A stretch of DNA of 64,000 nucleotides from Raillietiella orientalis (Eukaryota): NCBI GenBank assembly GCA_036172245.1, contig JAYWIR010000019.1:3286001-3350000 (forward strand), read 5' to 3'. Each line of letters starts with the position of its first letter. Position 1 is the stretch's first letter. The notes beneath the pieces are model-generated. The model was given only the letters and a program-made list of their open reading frames with translations. It was not told where the DNA came from and did not search any database. The position numbers and the translations under genes are program-made. Shown here piece after piece: positions 25,331-39,050 of the stretch.

Positions 25331-28300
25331 ACCCCCCATCCACCACCCTAGGGAGGCGAACACTTCTTCTGAGGAAGTCCTTGCTGCTGCTTGGTTGTTC
25401 TCCTTCCTCGGAGTGTTAAGAAGCATCAACGAAAGTTCCAGAAGGTTTGTATCGCTTTTCATTTCACCTTCGCACGTGTCCCCAAGTTCCTGCGGACACA
25501 CCTCGCTGACCTCTCAAAGAGTCAAATTCCAAAATTTGGAAAATCTCACAGAAGCGCCATCCAAAGTAAAGTTAACCCTGTACCACGGCGGGCCAACGAG
25601 AGGGACACAGTCTCCGGACAGACGTTCAGAAGATTGAGGGAAGAGCTGAGACTCGATGTTCCCGTTGCCTCGCAGGGCAGCCGATGCCCGGTTTGGTTTT
25701 GCGTTCCCCTGTTCATCCCCCTCCCCCCGTTGCTGCTTCCGAGCATCCCACGAAGCCACTAGGCTGTTGCCGTCATTCCTCGGGTCCCAATCGGGGTCGA
25801 GAGAAAAAGTGAGTGCTTCCGGCAGGTCGGCACGGATCCTCCGAAAACTCTGCAGCACTCTGTCCACCGAGTGGAGGCGGAGAGCCACTGGTTTTGACTC
25901 CGGGAAAGGAACCATCTTGCCTGTCGTGAGCTGGCATGAGTGTGCATGTCAAGACAAGATTAGCACTCTTTAGACCCTCTCTCTGACCTTTATTCTTGGA
26001 CCCACCCACGTTTGGCAGCCATTCCACAGATCCTCCCGGTTTCATGAAGCTCCCTGTGAACCACACCATACTGCACGGTGGTTCAACGCGATCCCAATCC
26101 ATGAGTGGAAAACGTTCCGTGCGATCACCTTGGAAACGAGGTAGAAGGAGGGGAAAACATGTCTTGTGGATTGCGAGACGGTAAAAGTGGACGCAAGCGA
26201 TTGCATTGCTGCGAATCGGAGAAATCGAAATCTCCAGAAATCTCTCGAGCAAAAAAGAAAGGAAGAAAGAAAGACACCCATCCGAATCTACACCTCCCTT
26301 TTCAGATTCAAAGAATCAGATTTATGCGAAGCGAGCTCCAAGCTTCGAAAACGGCGCACCTCATCCCACTCGGCATGCATCTCGCGCCCGTTCGCACTCC
26401 GCGACGCGGCCGAGCCTCAGCTTTTCTGCGAATCGGGGGGAAGGGGAAGAGAGGAGCCTCCTCCCTTCACGCGGAGAAACTGCCCTCAGGGTGTTCCCCG
26501 TTCGCGATTCCCAGCACCCGATCTTCGTGGTGGCACTGAACGGAAAACTGCTCACGTGTTGCTCTTGCGGCAGCAGCGTCGTCGCCACAGCCGCCTCCAT
26601 GGAAGCGAACCCCGAGACATCCAGCAACCCGCGTTTCTTACGAATTCAGAGACGGACTGTCGTGCTCCCTTCCATCATCCCATGCATTATGGAGCCTGAT
26701 TTATTGCAGGCCAAACTATGTCAGGCATGCTTTCGAATTTCTGTCCCGGCAACAGTCCGTAAAAGGTGGCCTTTGGCAGAATCAGCTGCGATCTCATCGC
26801 GCACTCTCTAAAAAAAAAAAAAGAAATTGTTTAGAAAGCATCGACTGAGGTCTCGGAAATTAGTCTGGCTGTTTCTATATACACCATCTCTCCGGTGAAT
26901 GATGGATGCGGTGCACGGAGGTTTTCAGTTACTCGCGGTCAGGCCAACCCTTACAGCTTGCAGGCCTGGATCAGAGGTGGGGCCACATTCCCCCATCGAG
27001 AACGGGAAAATGTGGCTCTGGCGGAACAAATGATGAAATCGTCGATTCCATCGAGGATTGGTCACCGCTCGGGAGGGAAAGAGCTCACGCCCGTTCTGTG
27101 AAGATGGAAGTAGTCATGAATCAGTAGCGGGCCACCTTTCGGATGGTGACGCAGAGAGCAGCCCTGAAAGCGAACTGGGGCATTCTGGACCGGGTAGTGA
27201 AACTCACAGGAGAGCGGGGATGCTTTCGGTGGACCCAGTGGTCATTGCATCTACCACTTTTCCAAAGCGCGTAACACAAGGATCCAATGTTCCAGGCTTG
27301 AGGCGCCGAGGTGGAAAGGAAGAGAGGTGGACGATCGTGCGGATGGGCGAATCTGCTTTTCGAAGGGGAGGGGGAGCACCGGTGAGGATAGCCTGTCCGC
27401 GTGAATGTCACAGGAATCTTCAGACGGAGGAAAAGCAGCAGCTTCCCGGCTAACAGCACGCTGGAACTTCTGCGTGGACCGAATGTTTGCCTGAGAGCCT
27501 TCGCTCCCCGAAAACCATGGAAGCGAACCCTAGAGCACCTTACGATACTCCCCATATCGTTTGTCGCTGTATCCTCGTAACTTATCGCTTGTTTATATCG
27601 TACCAACTGCCGTTCCCCGACTTTCAGAGATACTTGAAAATGGGTAGCCGTGGAATCCCGCGCGCAACTTTTCTCAGTCCCGTAAAACGAGGCCCGGCAA
27701 ACCTAGGAATGCAACCATCCGTGAGGCGCGCACCCTATGGTTCCTTTCCCCTTTTCGCAAGACCTGCTCGTTGTATGCACTGTTTCGTGTTTTCCAAAAA
27801 ATTCCCTGTACAAAACAATTCCTTTATTTTTGTGAACTTTGCTGTTTACGCGCTACAGAGAGGAAGCCATTTGCATCTCAGGAGAAAAAGAAGAAGAAAA
27901 AAAGAATAGGAAATGATTATACTTTGCAACATTTGGAAACATCAGGCAAGAAAGAATTGGTCTTCGAGGGAAGTGCTCTCAGCAAACGAAGAAACCAGCG
28001 GGACCGAGTCCACATGGTCTTTTGCGAAAAAGGACGTTTTTTTTTTTTTGTTGTTGTTGTTGTTATTATTTCTGGACTGGTGCATTCCCATAAGCACGCG
28101 ATTTCCCTAATCCAAGAACACACAAGCTGATCCTGAAATCAATATTTACATGTGGAGTCGCAAATAACGTAATCCCTCGGGAGCAGCAGATCACACACTC
28201 CAGCGAGCCAATGATTTTTTCTAAGTGAGATCTTCAGTATCTTGAATCCGATCTGCAAGATAAAGTTATTGACACCTTTTCTGAAGGTCTGCCTTGCAGG

Positions 28301-31300
28301 ACTCTGTCGTGTAGGAAGGACGTCTCGTCTTGTTGGCAAAAGTTGCAGTGAAAATCTGGCTTTTGTGACCTCAAATTGCAGGTTCTTCGACAAAGTTCTC
28401 ATTGAGATGGAAAGGCGGGTGGGCAACACGCCTGACCAGCATGGGCAGCAAGCACATCGAACGGTCAAAGCTGGCGTCTGTCCCCTCCGAAGAGTACTAT
28501 TTGTTGCAGCATTCAGTAATTCCGAGATTAGCGTGAAAGAACGTTCGTGTTTACTGTCCCTGAAAACTTCCTACGGAGAATCTTGAATCCGTCTTCCGAT
28601 TGCAATCCTTTATTTTCGTTTCCATAGTCAGCGAGCTTTCCTGAACGACCGTGGAGGTGAAACGTGGTTCCAAAACCGCGTGGTTGTGGTTTCAACTCGA
28701 ACACCTCAAACGCCGGCTGTGTTGTGAAAAGCGTATCGAAGAAGAAGAAGAACACGATAGACTCCTGGGGGATTTAGGGGGCGGAGTAGAGAAATTCCGT
28801 GAGTCGTTCTTCGTCGATTCCCAAAAACGAGAACTGCAGGGTGAGTTCATGCGTTCGTTCCTTGAATTTCAAATTTGCCAAAATTCTTGCCGAACGAACT
28901 CTTTGAGGCCCTTCCGATCAGAGTGGATTAAAAATTTAGAGCGCATACTCTTTCCTCGACTCCAGCTGCCCATCCGGAAAAGGAAAAGTGGTTCCATCAA
29001 ACCCTCTTCATCCGCCCGCCCCGTTTTCCGCATAACACGAATCCCCCTTGCTTCTAATCCATGCTTCCTTGCTCGTCAGTACCGTCTTCCGAGCTCATTC
29101 TCAAGTGCCATTCACATCCATCACGAGAATTTCTTGTCGTCGCCCTCTGAGGAAACCACTGTTTGCTAAAGCCAAAAAAAAAAAAAATTCCTACCATCCC
29201 ATGCATGTTCTTCAAGTCAGAATACAATATAAAAACAACAGATCACTCATTTTCATTGAGATATAACAAGATGTTTTCCTGATTCCGCCCCTCAAGAATA
29301 CACCTCGGAAATATTCGTTTTCAAAAAAGTTTTAAAAGGCGCCTCCATGTTGTCTGTTTCTCTTTCTCTCTCTTTCTCTCTCTCCCTCTCTGACGAGCAG
29401 TATTCGTGCTTTAAGGACACAACAGTGCACCAATGAAGCTTTTATTCAAGAAGATGTGGTCTGAGATAGATTTTTGTTGTTTTTTTGTTTTTTCTCAAGG
29501 TCAGAATGATTGCAGTACACCACATTGCCTCACAATGCGAAGCATACATCATTGGTTTGCAGGCAACTCGCATGGAGAGCTAAACGAGAAGGCAAGGAAT
29601 CTTCGCAGGGTTTCCAGTGGCTTACAGAGAAACGCCCAAAAAGCCGTTCAAAACGATGATGGTCCAGATGGACATGACCAATCTAAAAGCCACTCGCCGG
29701 ACACTCGAAATGTGTCTCCAAGCTAAGAAAATTGGGTGGTATGCACCCACGTCATCAAAGTGCAGTTCACCTGCGGCTTATGGTTTGCTGATAATTGGAG
29801 TCGCGTGGCTCAGTCCTGCAGGTATCAGCGTCTGATACTCTTTATCCGGCTCTCGGAGGAACAATCTCTTGCAGACGGAATGCCCAAGGAGTGCTAAATT
29901 CAGTCGTTGGTTTCACCTTCAGGATGACCAAGACCGAGCAAGAACGTGTTTCGGTACTCTCGGCTCAAAGCTCGAGTTGTTCCCGAAGAACAATCTGTGC
30001 GTTCATTTTTTTTCTTCTTCTTCTTCTTCTTTCAGCAAGGAAAGAGCAGCATCCATTCGGCACATTCGGTTTTTTCCGGCTTAAGAAAAACACGCCGCAA
30101 TACGAAACCACATGAATTCCAGATCTATAAGAAAATGAGCATGCAGATTAATTAATTGGACAGCGGAGATAGACATCAAAAAATAATTACTATGCACATC
30201 AATTTTCAAGTGACGGCAGGTGACCACACCAGTTGTGTACCAAAAGCTGCAGCGATCGTTCAAGGCGGGGGATACATGGATGGATAGATGAAAACCTGAG
30301 CTATGGTTTGTCCGTCTCTAACAACATCCGTCTTGCGCTATCAGAAATTTACTGGTTCCTTCATTTTTGAAACTTTGCACACGCAGAGAGGGGAAAAAAG
30401 CATTTCCTTTTCCTTTAAGACACACCCTGTGGTGCATGTTCTCTTCCAGCTGGGTCGAGTAGCATATAATAAAAGGCTGCAGGCGGCGGTCGGACATCCC
30501 TGAATGGGGATTCTTGACAATTACGGTTTCTCGTCTTGCATGGAGTACAAAATCACGTAATCTCGGGAGCGTATCTATAGAATTACAACTCTTGGCAAAA
30601 GAAAATTTGCGTAGAACACGCGTGTGTGAACGGGAGAGGAGGAAAAACACCTCAGAGACCTTTCCGCGTGCTCAGGAACATCCACGATGGACGGATGTTC
30701 CTGAGCGCAAAATCCATGGCTGTGTTTTACGACCCTTGGCAGGAAAGGGGGAGCCGTCGAGCAAACGGTGGACGACGAAAGGGAACGATTCCATCTGCTC
30801 AAGCACTCACCTGCCCCAACGACCGTGCCCTAAAATCCCTTTGGTCGAATTCTTGGACACCGATCGCGTAATTCACTAGGGAAGCAATTCTCCCTAATCT
30901 TCGAGCTATCCGAATGCCCAAGTCCCCCCGTTCGTTGCAAGCCATTTGCAGTTTTCCCTTCACGTATGTGTGTGTGTGTGTGTGTTTTCACCTTCACCGC
31001 ACCATCCTTGAATTTGGGTGGTAGACCCTGATCCAGTCTTCCGGTGTAAGCCGGAGAGCTGCATTGCAGCCCTGGTGAGGCAGATTTTTTTTTTTTTCCT
31101 TTCCACCATGGGGTCTTCGAGATAGATCAGCAAAGCGAGGCGCTGGATTGAATGGAGCGGGAGATGAGCGGAAACTGAACTCGACGATTCATCAGATTCT
31201 AACAGAAAAAAAAAATGGTACTAATCGATTCACCATGGAAGCGACAGTTGGAACCTGCGACCCGGTCCAGCTAGCCTTGGCGCCCTTTCGATCTATTTAA

Positions 31301-31456
31301 TTATCATCATCATCTCCGCGGTCTTTTGCCATGTTCTTTAGAAATCCAGCAAACGAAGACGATGCTGCAGCTACCTATTCCCGTTTCCGTAAGTCCTCCT
31401 GCCTCCTCCTCTGCTTTTTTTCTCTTTGACTCCGTCGTCCACGTGTGATGCGTGAC

Positions 31457-31459
<3 letters not shown>

Positions 31460-31514
<55 letters not shown>
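31460..31514. repeat. (GT)n microsatellite
   Basis: Uninterrupted GT run of about 55 bp. Confidence 0.98.
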
Positions 31515-31516
<2 letters not shown>

Positions 31517-32339
31517 CCTTTGGACAGTTCCCTCGTTCCCTCGTTTGTTTGTTTGTTCCTCCTCCTCCGTAATTATCAACTTTTAAAAAATTCCACTCTA
31601 TGCAGATCAAAGTATCGCCACACTTGTGTTCCAGCCACGTACCGTGCCACTGCACAAGTTTCCCCATCCCTCGATTGCAGGGCCGCCTCTCTCGAACGTG
31701 CAGCTGACTTCCTGTGAGATGACGAATGTCAAGACGCCGAAAACACACAGCAAAGAAAACACACCGCTTTTATTTTGTAATACGAAGCACGCAGTGTGTA
31801 GCCTGAAATGAAAACGCGCCTGTGATGATGAGCGATCTTTTCCGGGAAAAAAGAAAAGAAAGGGAAGGAAAAAGGTAGCACAGCAAATTCAAGTAGGTCC
31901 GACGGCAAGGAGTTTCCTTATATAAAAAGGGAGCGAACTTTCCTAAATCGAAAGGGGAAGAAAGGGAGAAAAATATACGGTCTCTCGAAGTTTTCATTTC
32001 GAGTGGATCCTGCGAGCAGTTTTCAGTCAGTGAACTGGAAATTAGGGGTTAATTTATTTTGGGAATGGGATCGGTTCTGGAATAAAGAAAAAGAAAAAAA
32101 AAAAAAAAGCTGCGAGCAAATTTGGATGCAAATTAATTCTCCTTATTTCTTTCGCGAAGAATGTCTAGCGAGATATTTAGCTGGTGCGAAACCAAAACCG
32201 AAATCCCATTGGGCGTCACACAGATCTCTTCTTTCAAAGCACTGCTGTTCAGCAGAGGGACTGAATCGGATTCATGAACCAAAAAAAAAAAAAGGAAAAA
32301 GGATATAGGTGCGCATATGTAAATCATCATCATGTGCTG

Positions 32340-32635
32340 GAGAAATCTCAACACTAAATTCTGCCACAGGTATGATTCAGGATTTTCCTTCTGGGAACCT
32401 CGTCCGGAGGAGTATGCGCTCTTGGAGCGCCTGCCCAATGTGGCATGGCAACGATTAACTCTCCCGCTGTTGTGTTTGCGGAACATAATTCTTCCGAAAT
32501 GTGACCATCCTGGGACAATCGAAAGTAACGGCCCCCGAAGAAATTGATACTAGATCAGGATTCGTAATCGGAAGGAGTTGGAAATGTAAATCAGTCGAGG
32601 CATCGGCGCGTGCATTCCCGCTGTGCAAAAATGAA
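32340..32635 (+). pseudogene. Possible sushi/CCP domain relic
   Basis: CDHPGTIESNG...SGFVIG...C...PLCK across frames. Confidence 0.3.
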
Positions 32636-35600
32636 GATTTCGATTTTTCTTTTTTTCCCAACTATTTCACAATTTATAGAGTATTTTTCCTTTGGACGGA
32701 GAGCTTCCGACTTTTTGATGAATACCTCATTTCTTCGTGCCGTCACAGCACAGGGAACACGGAGCCGGCGAGCGCTCCTGTGCTAAGTGAATAAAGTGCG
32801 TGTGTTGGGTGTGTTTATTTCTACTTTTTTTTTTTTTTTTTTTATTTTACCTTTTTTTTTTTTTTTTTTTCCAGATTAGCATTGCGAGGGTCCTGTAATC
32901 TGTTTTTCTGGTAAAGACCACAAGCCGACGCTGGAAAATCAGATTCGCTTTCACCTGACAGGATTCCCCGATGGACGCAATGAAGCTGGGAAGAAACGGG
33001 AGCCATTCTCACCATCCTGTCGCTTCTGGTCACTCGTGCGCCTACAGTGACCCATCACATCTTCGGCTCATTCCGTGTCTGATTTCATTTCTGGCAGGCG
33101 AATCGGCATCGGCGTGGTTTAGTCGCATTCCGTTTTTTGCCACTTCTTTTCCACCTCTTGTTGGCAGTTCGCTCTTCCTTCCTCGCCATTTTTCTTTCCC
33201 TTTCTTTCTTTTCGAGCTCTGCATGCTGCAAGGAGCAGGAGGATTGATTCTCACTCTTCTTCCACACCGTCGAGAATCTCTTGGAACCCACCGATCAGGG
33301 GAGCGTGCAGACCGCCCCTCCTCCGTCAGTCCCTTGGAGCCCTTTCGATAGAGATCAACGCGCCACCATCCTTCCGCGGATGGGAGCGGTTCTGTCGCCG
33401 CATCCTCCCGAGGAAGGTTGCAGCAAACGATGGAAGAAAACTCTCAGATCCGAAGTCTCGCCTGAATCTCGATTTCGTCCGACTGCGCAGGTGCTGCGAC
33501 CGGCGTGCACTTGACGTAACGGCGTTGACCTGCGGGTGACACCACCACTCCCGGAGACTGCTGCGAGAAGGCACTTCGCCTCGTAATTCCCTTTCATTCA
33601 TTCATCCTCCTCCTCGTGACCGTTCCCGCTCCGGAGGACAACTGCAGGAGGATTTCTTCAGTGCTCCCAGAAGCGAGAGGGAGTCGGATGCTGCGGAAGC
33701 AGTGTGGCCTGCAGCGCGGATCACACTCTCGAGATGTCGACTGGCCGGCTGCTCTGTCAGCTTTCTGAGCGAAGGCGTCGAACGGCAACCGAAACCAATG
33801 CGACGGAACGTGAACTTCCGACCGTCGCCAACGGCGCCCACCTCGACCCCCTCCGTGGGTGAACCGAGCGCGAGGACGCAGCGACGGTGAGCTACGCAGT
33901 GGTGAGAGGGCCTCCTCCATCTCCTTCCGCAAGATGGTAATGTACCTGTTTTCGAATTCCAGGCGAAGGAAATCCGGCTGATGACGACCGCGCTTCCCTC
34001 TTCCCGCGAATCAGGCACACCTGGCTGCGGCTATGGCAACCGAACCTCTCTGAGCCACGCGTCGTCTGGCGCGGTTCGCGGCCCGTCCATCGCAGGCGGC
34101 CCCGCAAACGAAGCAGCAGCTCCCCTTCCCTGAACTCTCTCCACCACGCCACTGCTTCGCGGGCAGCGACTGCCACGAAGACCAAGAGCCGCCAACCCAA
34201 CCTTCGCTGAAGCCGGATTCAAGCGCGATCTCTGAAAAGTAATAAATATTCCGGCCATCCCAAAGTAGCATGAGAAACTGCAGCCGGAGCATTATGAGCT
34301 CATTTAAAGAAGCCTCTCTCTTCTTCTCCCCCCTCCCTCCCTCCTACCTTACCAGCGAAGATTCGCCGTCTAGAATCAGACATCCTTTTCACTCAAGGCA
34401 TCCGATGCATCCCATTAATTCTCCGCTACAAAAAAAAGGATTCGTAATTCTAATGCGCATGCTGATTATTTCCCTTCTACCTGAGCTGCTTGATTTGCAT
34501 CTCTTGAGCAATCACAACATAAATTTTAAGAGTTATGCGCATCATGGAAGATACAGTAAAATTCATTGTGAAAGAACACAGAAAAGCATAAATCTTGAAA
34601 CGCAAAAAATAAAAAAAAAAAATATAAAAAAAAAGAAAAGAAAAGAATTCACCCAGCAATTTATGTACGCGTGGGATCCGAAGCATTAATTATTACAATT
34701 TAAGGAAAACTTCTAATTTGTTAGAAGGAGTTCTGGGTTATGAACTCTCGGAGGCTGTAATCGTAAACTGTTCAATTAAGAGCGCAGCGGCAAAGTCGTT
34801 ACGCAGCCAAGCTTCACCGTTTCTTAGGAAACGCGAGAGAGACCGTACCTAAGGGTGTGTTTCATCCGCTGCAAGCTATCTCCCCCCCCCCCCCCCCCTT
34901 AATTTTTCCGTTTTGAGTTTTTGTTGCTCGGATTTTCGAATTAAAGTTCTTCCGCGCGCGCGCGCGTCTTCTGCAGCGTCCACGTCCGCACTGTTCCCTG
35001 AATAATGAGCACACACTGAAACGAACACGGAAGGCATCCAGATTTTCATCATGCAGAATTCTTGGTGCTCTGCAATTAATTTTTTGAGAAAAAAAATGTC
35101 AATCAATGTCACGTGTTAACCCTGGCCGACGCAACTTCTGACCGGAAGACATGTTGCGGAAAACGGTTTCCCTAATAATATCCATCGCCGATGATCGCTA
35201 ACAATCAGCCTGTAAATGGATTTCTCCAGAAGGATGTCAGACCAGAAGCAAGAAGACAGAAGAAGTGGCACCGGATGCACAGATCGGAGCGGAGGAATCG
35301 CACGAGAGAACGTGCCACGGATGAACAGGTCGGGAACGAACGGGTGGATGCTCGGGGCAGGGTCGGAAGACCTCGTCAGCGGCTGCGAAACCACAGTGGC
35401 ATGCAGGCAGGGCACCCGACCAGGACTCGGAGGAGCTGCTGCCCTGGTGAACTGTATTCTCGAAAGGAAGGAGAGGTGCCTCAGGGAACGGTCCCCAGAC
35501 GATCGCGGTGGCAGGAAGGCCCGATCTCCTGTCAAGCGAAGCCATTCAGATGAGTTCCAACGGAAGAAACTGGTCGAAGAAGCGCATAATCCTCAGACAG

Positions 35601-36657
35601 GGGATGCAGATAAGCTGCTCAACCGAAGAGGCGGATGAATTAATGTTTTCGGAGGAAGCTGCTTCTTGAAATATCGACCTAGCTAGAAAAGAAGAAGGAA
35701 AAAAAAAAAAAAAAATTTGCGCTCCCTTCAATCAGATGCTGGGATGGGATGGTGGGCGAGGCGATGCAACATGTGGTTGCAGGATTCCGTTTCCCTTTTG
35801 CTTCTTTGCGGCGATTTGCGTCTTCTGCGAAGGCAATCTGGGGATTCGGCGGGAGCATCCACGATCTCATTGAAGCATCCATCGCTGGTTCCACAATGCC
35901 AGGATATGTCGACGAGCACTTTAGCTTCTTCCATTTCACTGTCGAAAAGTCGGCTTCTTCATTCGGACGTCAGGGTGTCCGGTCCGAAACGGCTTTTCCA
36001 GGGTCTCGAGACCGTCGTTCTTATCTCGAAAATCACGGCTACCTGAAATCGAAGCTCTGCCTGGCAGATGCGATTCTGGATGGCCGCGCGGTCTTTCGGA
36101 CTCGGACTTCGAGACGAAGTTTCTCTCCTCATCTCGCCCTCGTCCCGTCGAAAACCTGCATCTTCCGATTCACAGAGGCACTTCGGCTGAAGGGATTCCA
36201 AATCGTCCAGCACGTTGGCTTCACGGACGCCTTCTCAAAAGAGCACCAACGAGGAAACCCAAGCTGAAAACGAAAAACGGCACTACGCGGGAGCCTGCGA
36301 AACGCTGCCGGAACGTAAGATGGGAAGCTGCTGCAAACGAGAGGGAACCAAACGGAAAACTTTCGACCTTGCTCGTACCGTCTGTACTCTCTCCCTGTTG
36401 ATCTCCGCGCTTCTACGGGGCTTCTAAAACGCTTCTGATCGCCTTCCGGAACCGTCTAGAAGGATGCCAAAATTCTCGTTTAACTGGGAGCGGGGGAGGA
36501 AACCAGCACCGTGTGAGAGTGAGTGGCTTCCCTGATGAACCGTAACCTCGAAAGGAAGGAGAAGTGCCTCAGGGAACGCGGAGTCGGAATGTCTGGTCCT
36601 CAGACGACCGTCCTCAGATTGATACTTTATCAGCAAGTAGCTTACCATGGGTTTGGT

Positions 36658-37600
36658 TCGAAATCCCGAAAGATGTGGAAAATTAACTTTTCTACTTTGT
36701 ATATGAATAGGCATACATTAAGATATGTATATTATAAAAGTCACGAAAAATAGATATATGTGCTTACTATGTATATTGATATATATATTTATGCATGGAT
36801 TAATAATAAATTTTTTTTAACATACATATTATTACCATTACTGATTGATGATATGTTCATTATATATGTCTTAATGGAGATAGATGTATTAATAGATGGA
36901 TGCTGTATCACAGAAGATGTTATTATAAAAAATAAATATATATGTTCTTGATACGTGTTATGCATATTATACAAATGAATATGTAAATATCGAATTTTTA
37001 AAATCGAAAAATAATGATGGCAATTGAAAATGGTGGAAAAAGGCGAAGCAAGCAAATTAAGAAAACAAAAAAGAAATTTGGTATTTGCTTTTCCTATCAC
37101 TTCCAGCACTTAATAAATGAAACTTTCTCTACAGTCGATGAATTCTATTATAGGGACTTTGTGTTCATAATTCGATATTTATACATTCATTTCATATGTC
37201 TTTATTATATGTATAAATGCATATTGATTTTTGTAAATTCTATGCAAAAATAAAAGTATATTTTTCTATATACTTTCATTTTTGTAATCTTCATTATATG
37301 CGTTAACAATATGTACTAATACGTATTATTATTAATCATTCTAATACATATGTATGTTAAATACATATGTAGAAGCTGCAAATAAATTTTCCGATTAATT
37401 TACACGCAAATTACATCAAAAATATACATAGAAATACACATGAAAAAGCACACATATTTATCTTTCACGATCTTTGTGGTAGATATTGATGGATACGTTA
37501 ATTTATATAACAATATACCCATTAATATGTGTAATGAGCACACGTACTTATCTTTGTATGATCTTTCGGGATTTCGATCGTTCGGGATTTTGATTTTCGA
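36658..37600. mobile_element. AT-rich insert bounded by inverted repeats; probable non-autonomous DNA transposon (MULE/foldback-like ends)
   Basis: TCGAAATCCCGAAAGAT (36658-36674) is the exact reverse complement of ATCTTTCGGGATTTCGA (37561-37577). A second TTCGGGATTT unit occurs at 37581. The interior is far more AT-rich than the flanks. No clear TSD. Confidence 0.65.
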
Positions 37601-37619
37601 CCATCGATTTGAACGAAGT

Positions 37620-39050
37620 CGAAGTGAATGGGAAGTATTCTATTACGCGTCGTTAGTAGGCATAGTAATGGCGACTTGTGGCTTCCAGATCAATTCGAAA
37701 TGGAACAAACGATAGTCCTATAGTAACTGGAAAGATTTCGGACTTGGGAAAAGCCGAGCAGAGGCAGCGAGAGAAGAACCTAGTTGGGCTCCGGAAAGCA
37801 GCCGCTCCCAGTGACCAGCGTAGGCAGGCCGGCCATCTTCATTCTGCTTTGGCGACAACGAGCTGGCTGGCGAGCTTGAAGCCTTGGTCCATCCCGCGGC
37901 CCCTCAGCAAAGGCTGCCTGTCCTCCGCGGATAAATGATTTTTTTTCGGATTTTCCATCACTGCGTGGCTGTTGAGTGCCTTCAAGCTCCCAGCTGCATC
38001 TCTCGCCGGCCGTCACCTTGCGTTCACATTAGCACTTCGGATTGCCTTTTGGAGATCCACAAAACATCAGGGGAGAGCTGCCGATTCCCTGCAATTCTGC
38101 ACTGCTCCCGTCTTCGTTGCCTTCCTTCCTCGGAAACGGAGACATCGCGACTGACCCCTTCACCTCTCTCCGTTTCGAAGACAGCGTTGCCATGCCTTTG
38201 GATTTCTCTTGAGCGCCATCGCACTCGGGGAGCGAGCGCACGCCCTCTTGATGCCAGACGCACAATGCCGATCCTTGGTCCACTCAGCGTGCACCGCTCT
38301 TGGACCGTTGCTCACGTTCTTGCGCTTAGCGTGATCCCATCGAGATCGCGCAAACACGTCACCACCACCGTTCGCTTCGTCCACTGCCGGACGGTGGACT
38401 CCTGCTGGCCCACCTGACTCGGCACTGCACAGCGTGTTCGCACCCAGCTTCGTCGGAGATGCTGTTCCATCTCTGCCTCGCCTGAAGAAGAAGCAGGATG
38501 CTGCCGGAATGCAAGGAGAGGACCCTTCTTGCTTCTTAGCTCGCCTCTTCCGATCCGATTACGCCTCCCTCCATTCGATTCGCACTTGGTCCGCCAAATC
38601 CTTTTTGCCTGTTGCTGCTTTCCGGGAGGAAGCCTGCGTGTTGCCCATGCGCCAGAAAGGACGGTTGATGCACAGTCTTCGGGATTCTCACTTACTTCAA
38701 CGTGCTAAATATCTGCTTGGCGGTTCTCTCGCTATGGGCGACTTTCGGCTGGTTGGCGAAAAGACCTGTCCCCCCTCCCCCCTCCCATTCATCCTAGCCG
38801 TCATAAACGGCTTTCAGTTTTGCGAGAACCTTGGGAGGATCCTGAATGCACTCTTCAGTGCAGGAACCGAGCCGCGATGCTGCAGATTCGGCTTCGCAAA
38901 AACCGAACTTCCTCTCGGCATCCAATAAAGCAGCCGCGCCTTGGCAACGCCGTGAGTTTTCCCGGTTTCTGTTCGGTGCCGTCGTGGATGTCCAGCACTC
39001 GCATTCCTGTGGATCGCCGATTATCGAAGGGTGGTTCGACGCCTGGTCCT
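37620..39050 (+). pseudogene. Possible decayed ionotropic receptor (IR/iGluR-like) gene
   Basis: Fragments in IR order across frames: PWSIPRPLS (pre-M1), TTVRFV...LHSVFAPSFVGDAVPSLP (M3-like), PLPFILAVINGFQFCENLGRILNALFSAG (S2-like), then a hydrophobic M4-like tail. Confidence 0.4.

Noticed and set aside
36532..36556. Hammerhead ribozyme core CTGATGA...CGAAA
   Set aside because: Stem II cannot pair, and the paralogous copy near 35445 lacks the core.
36675..37560. Mitochondrial insertion (numt)
   Set aside because: No recognisable mitochondrial gene or tRNA; the inverted ends favour a transposon derivative.
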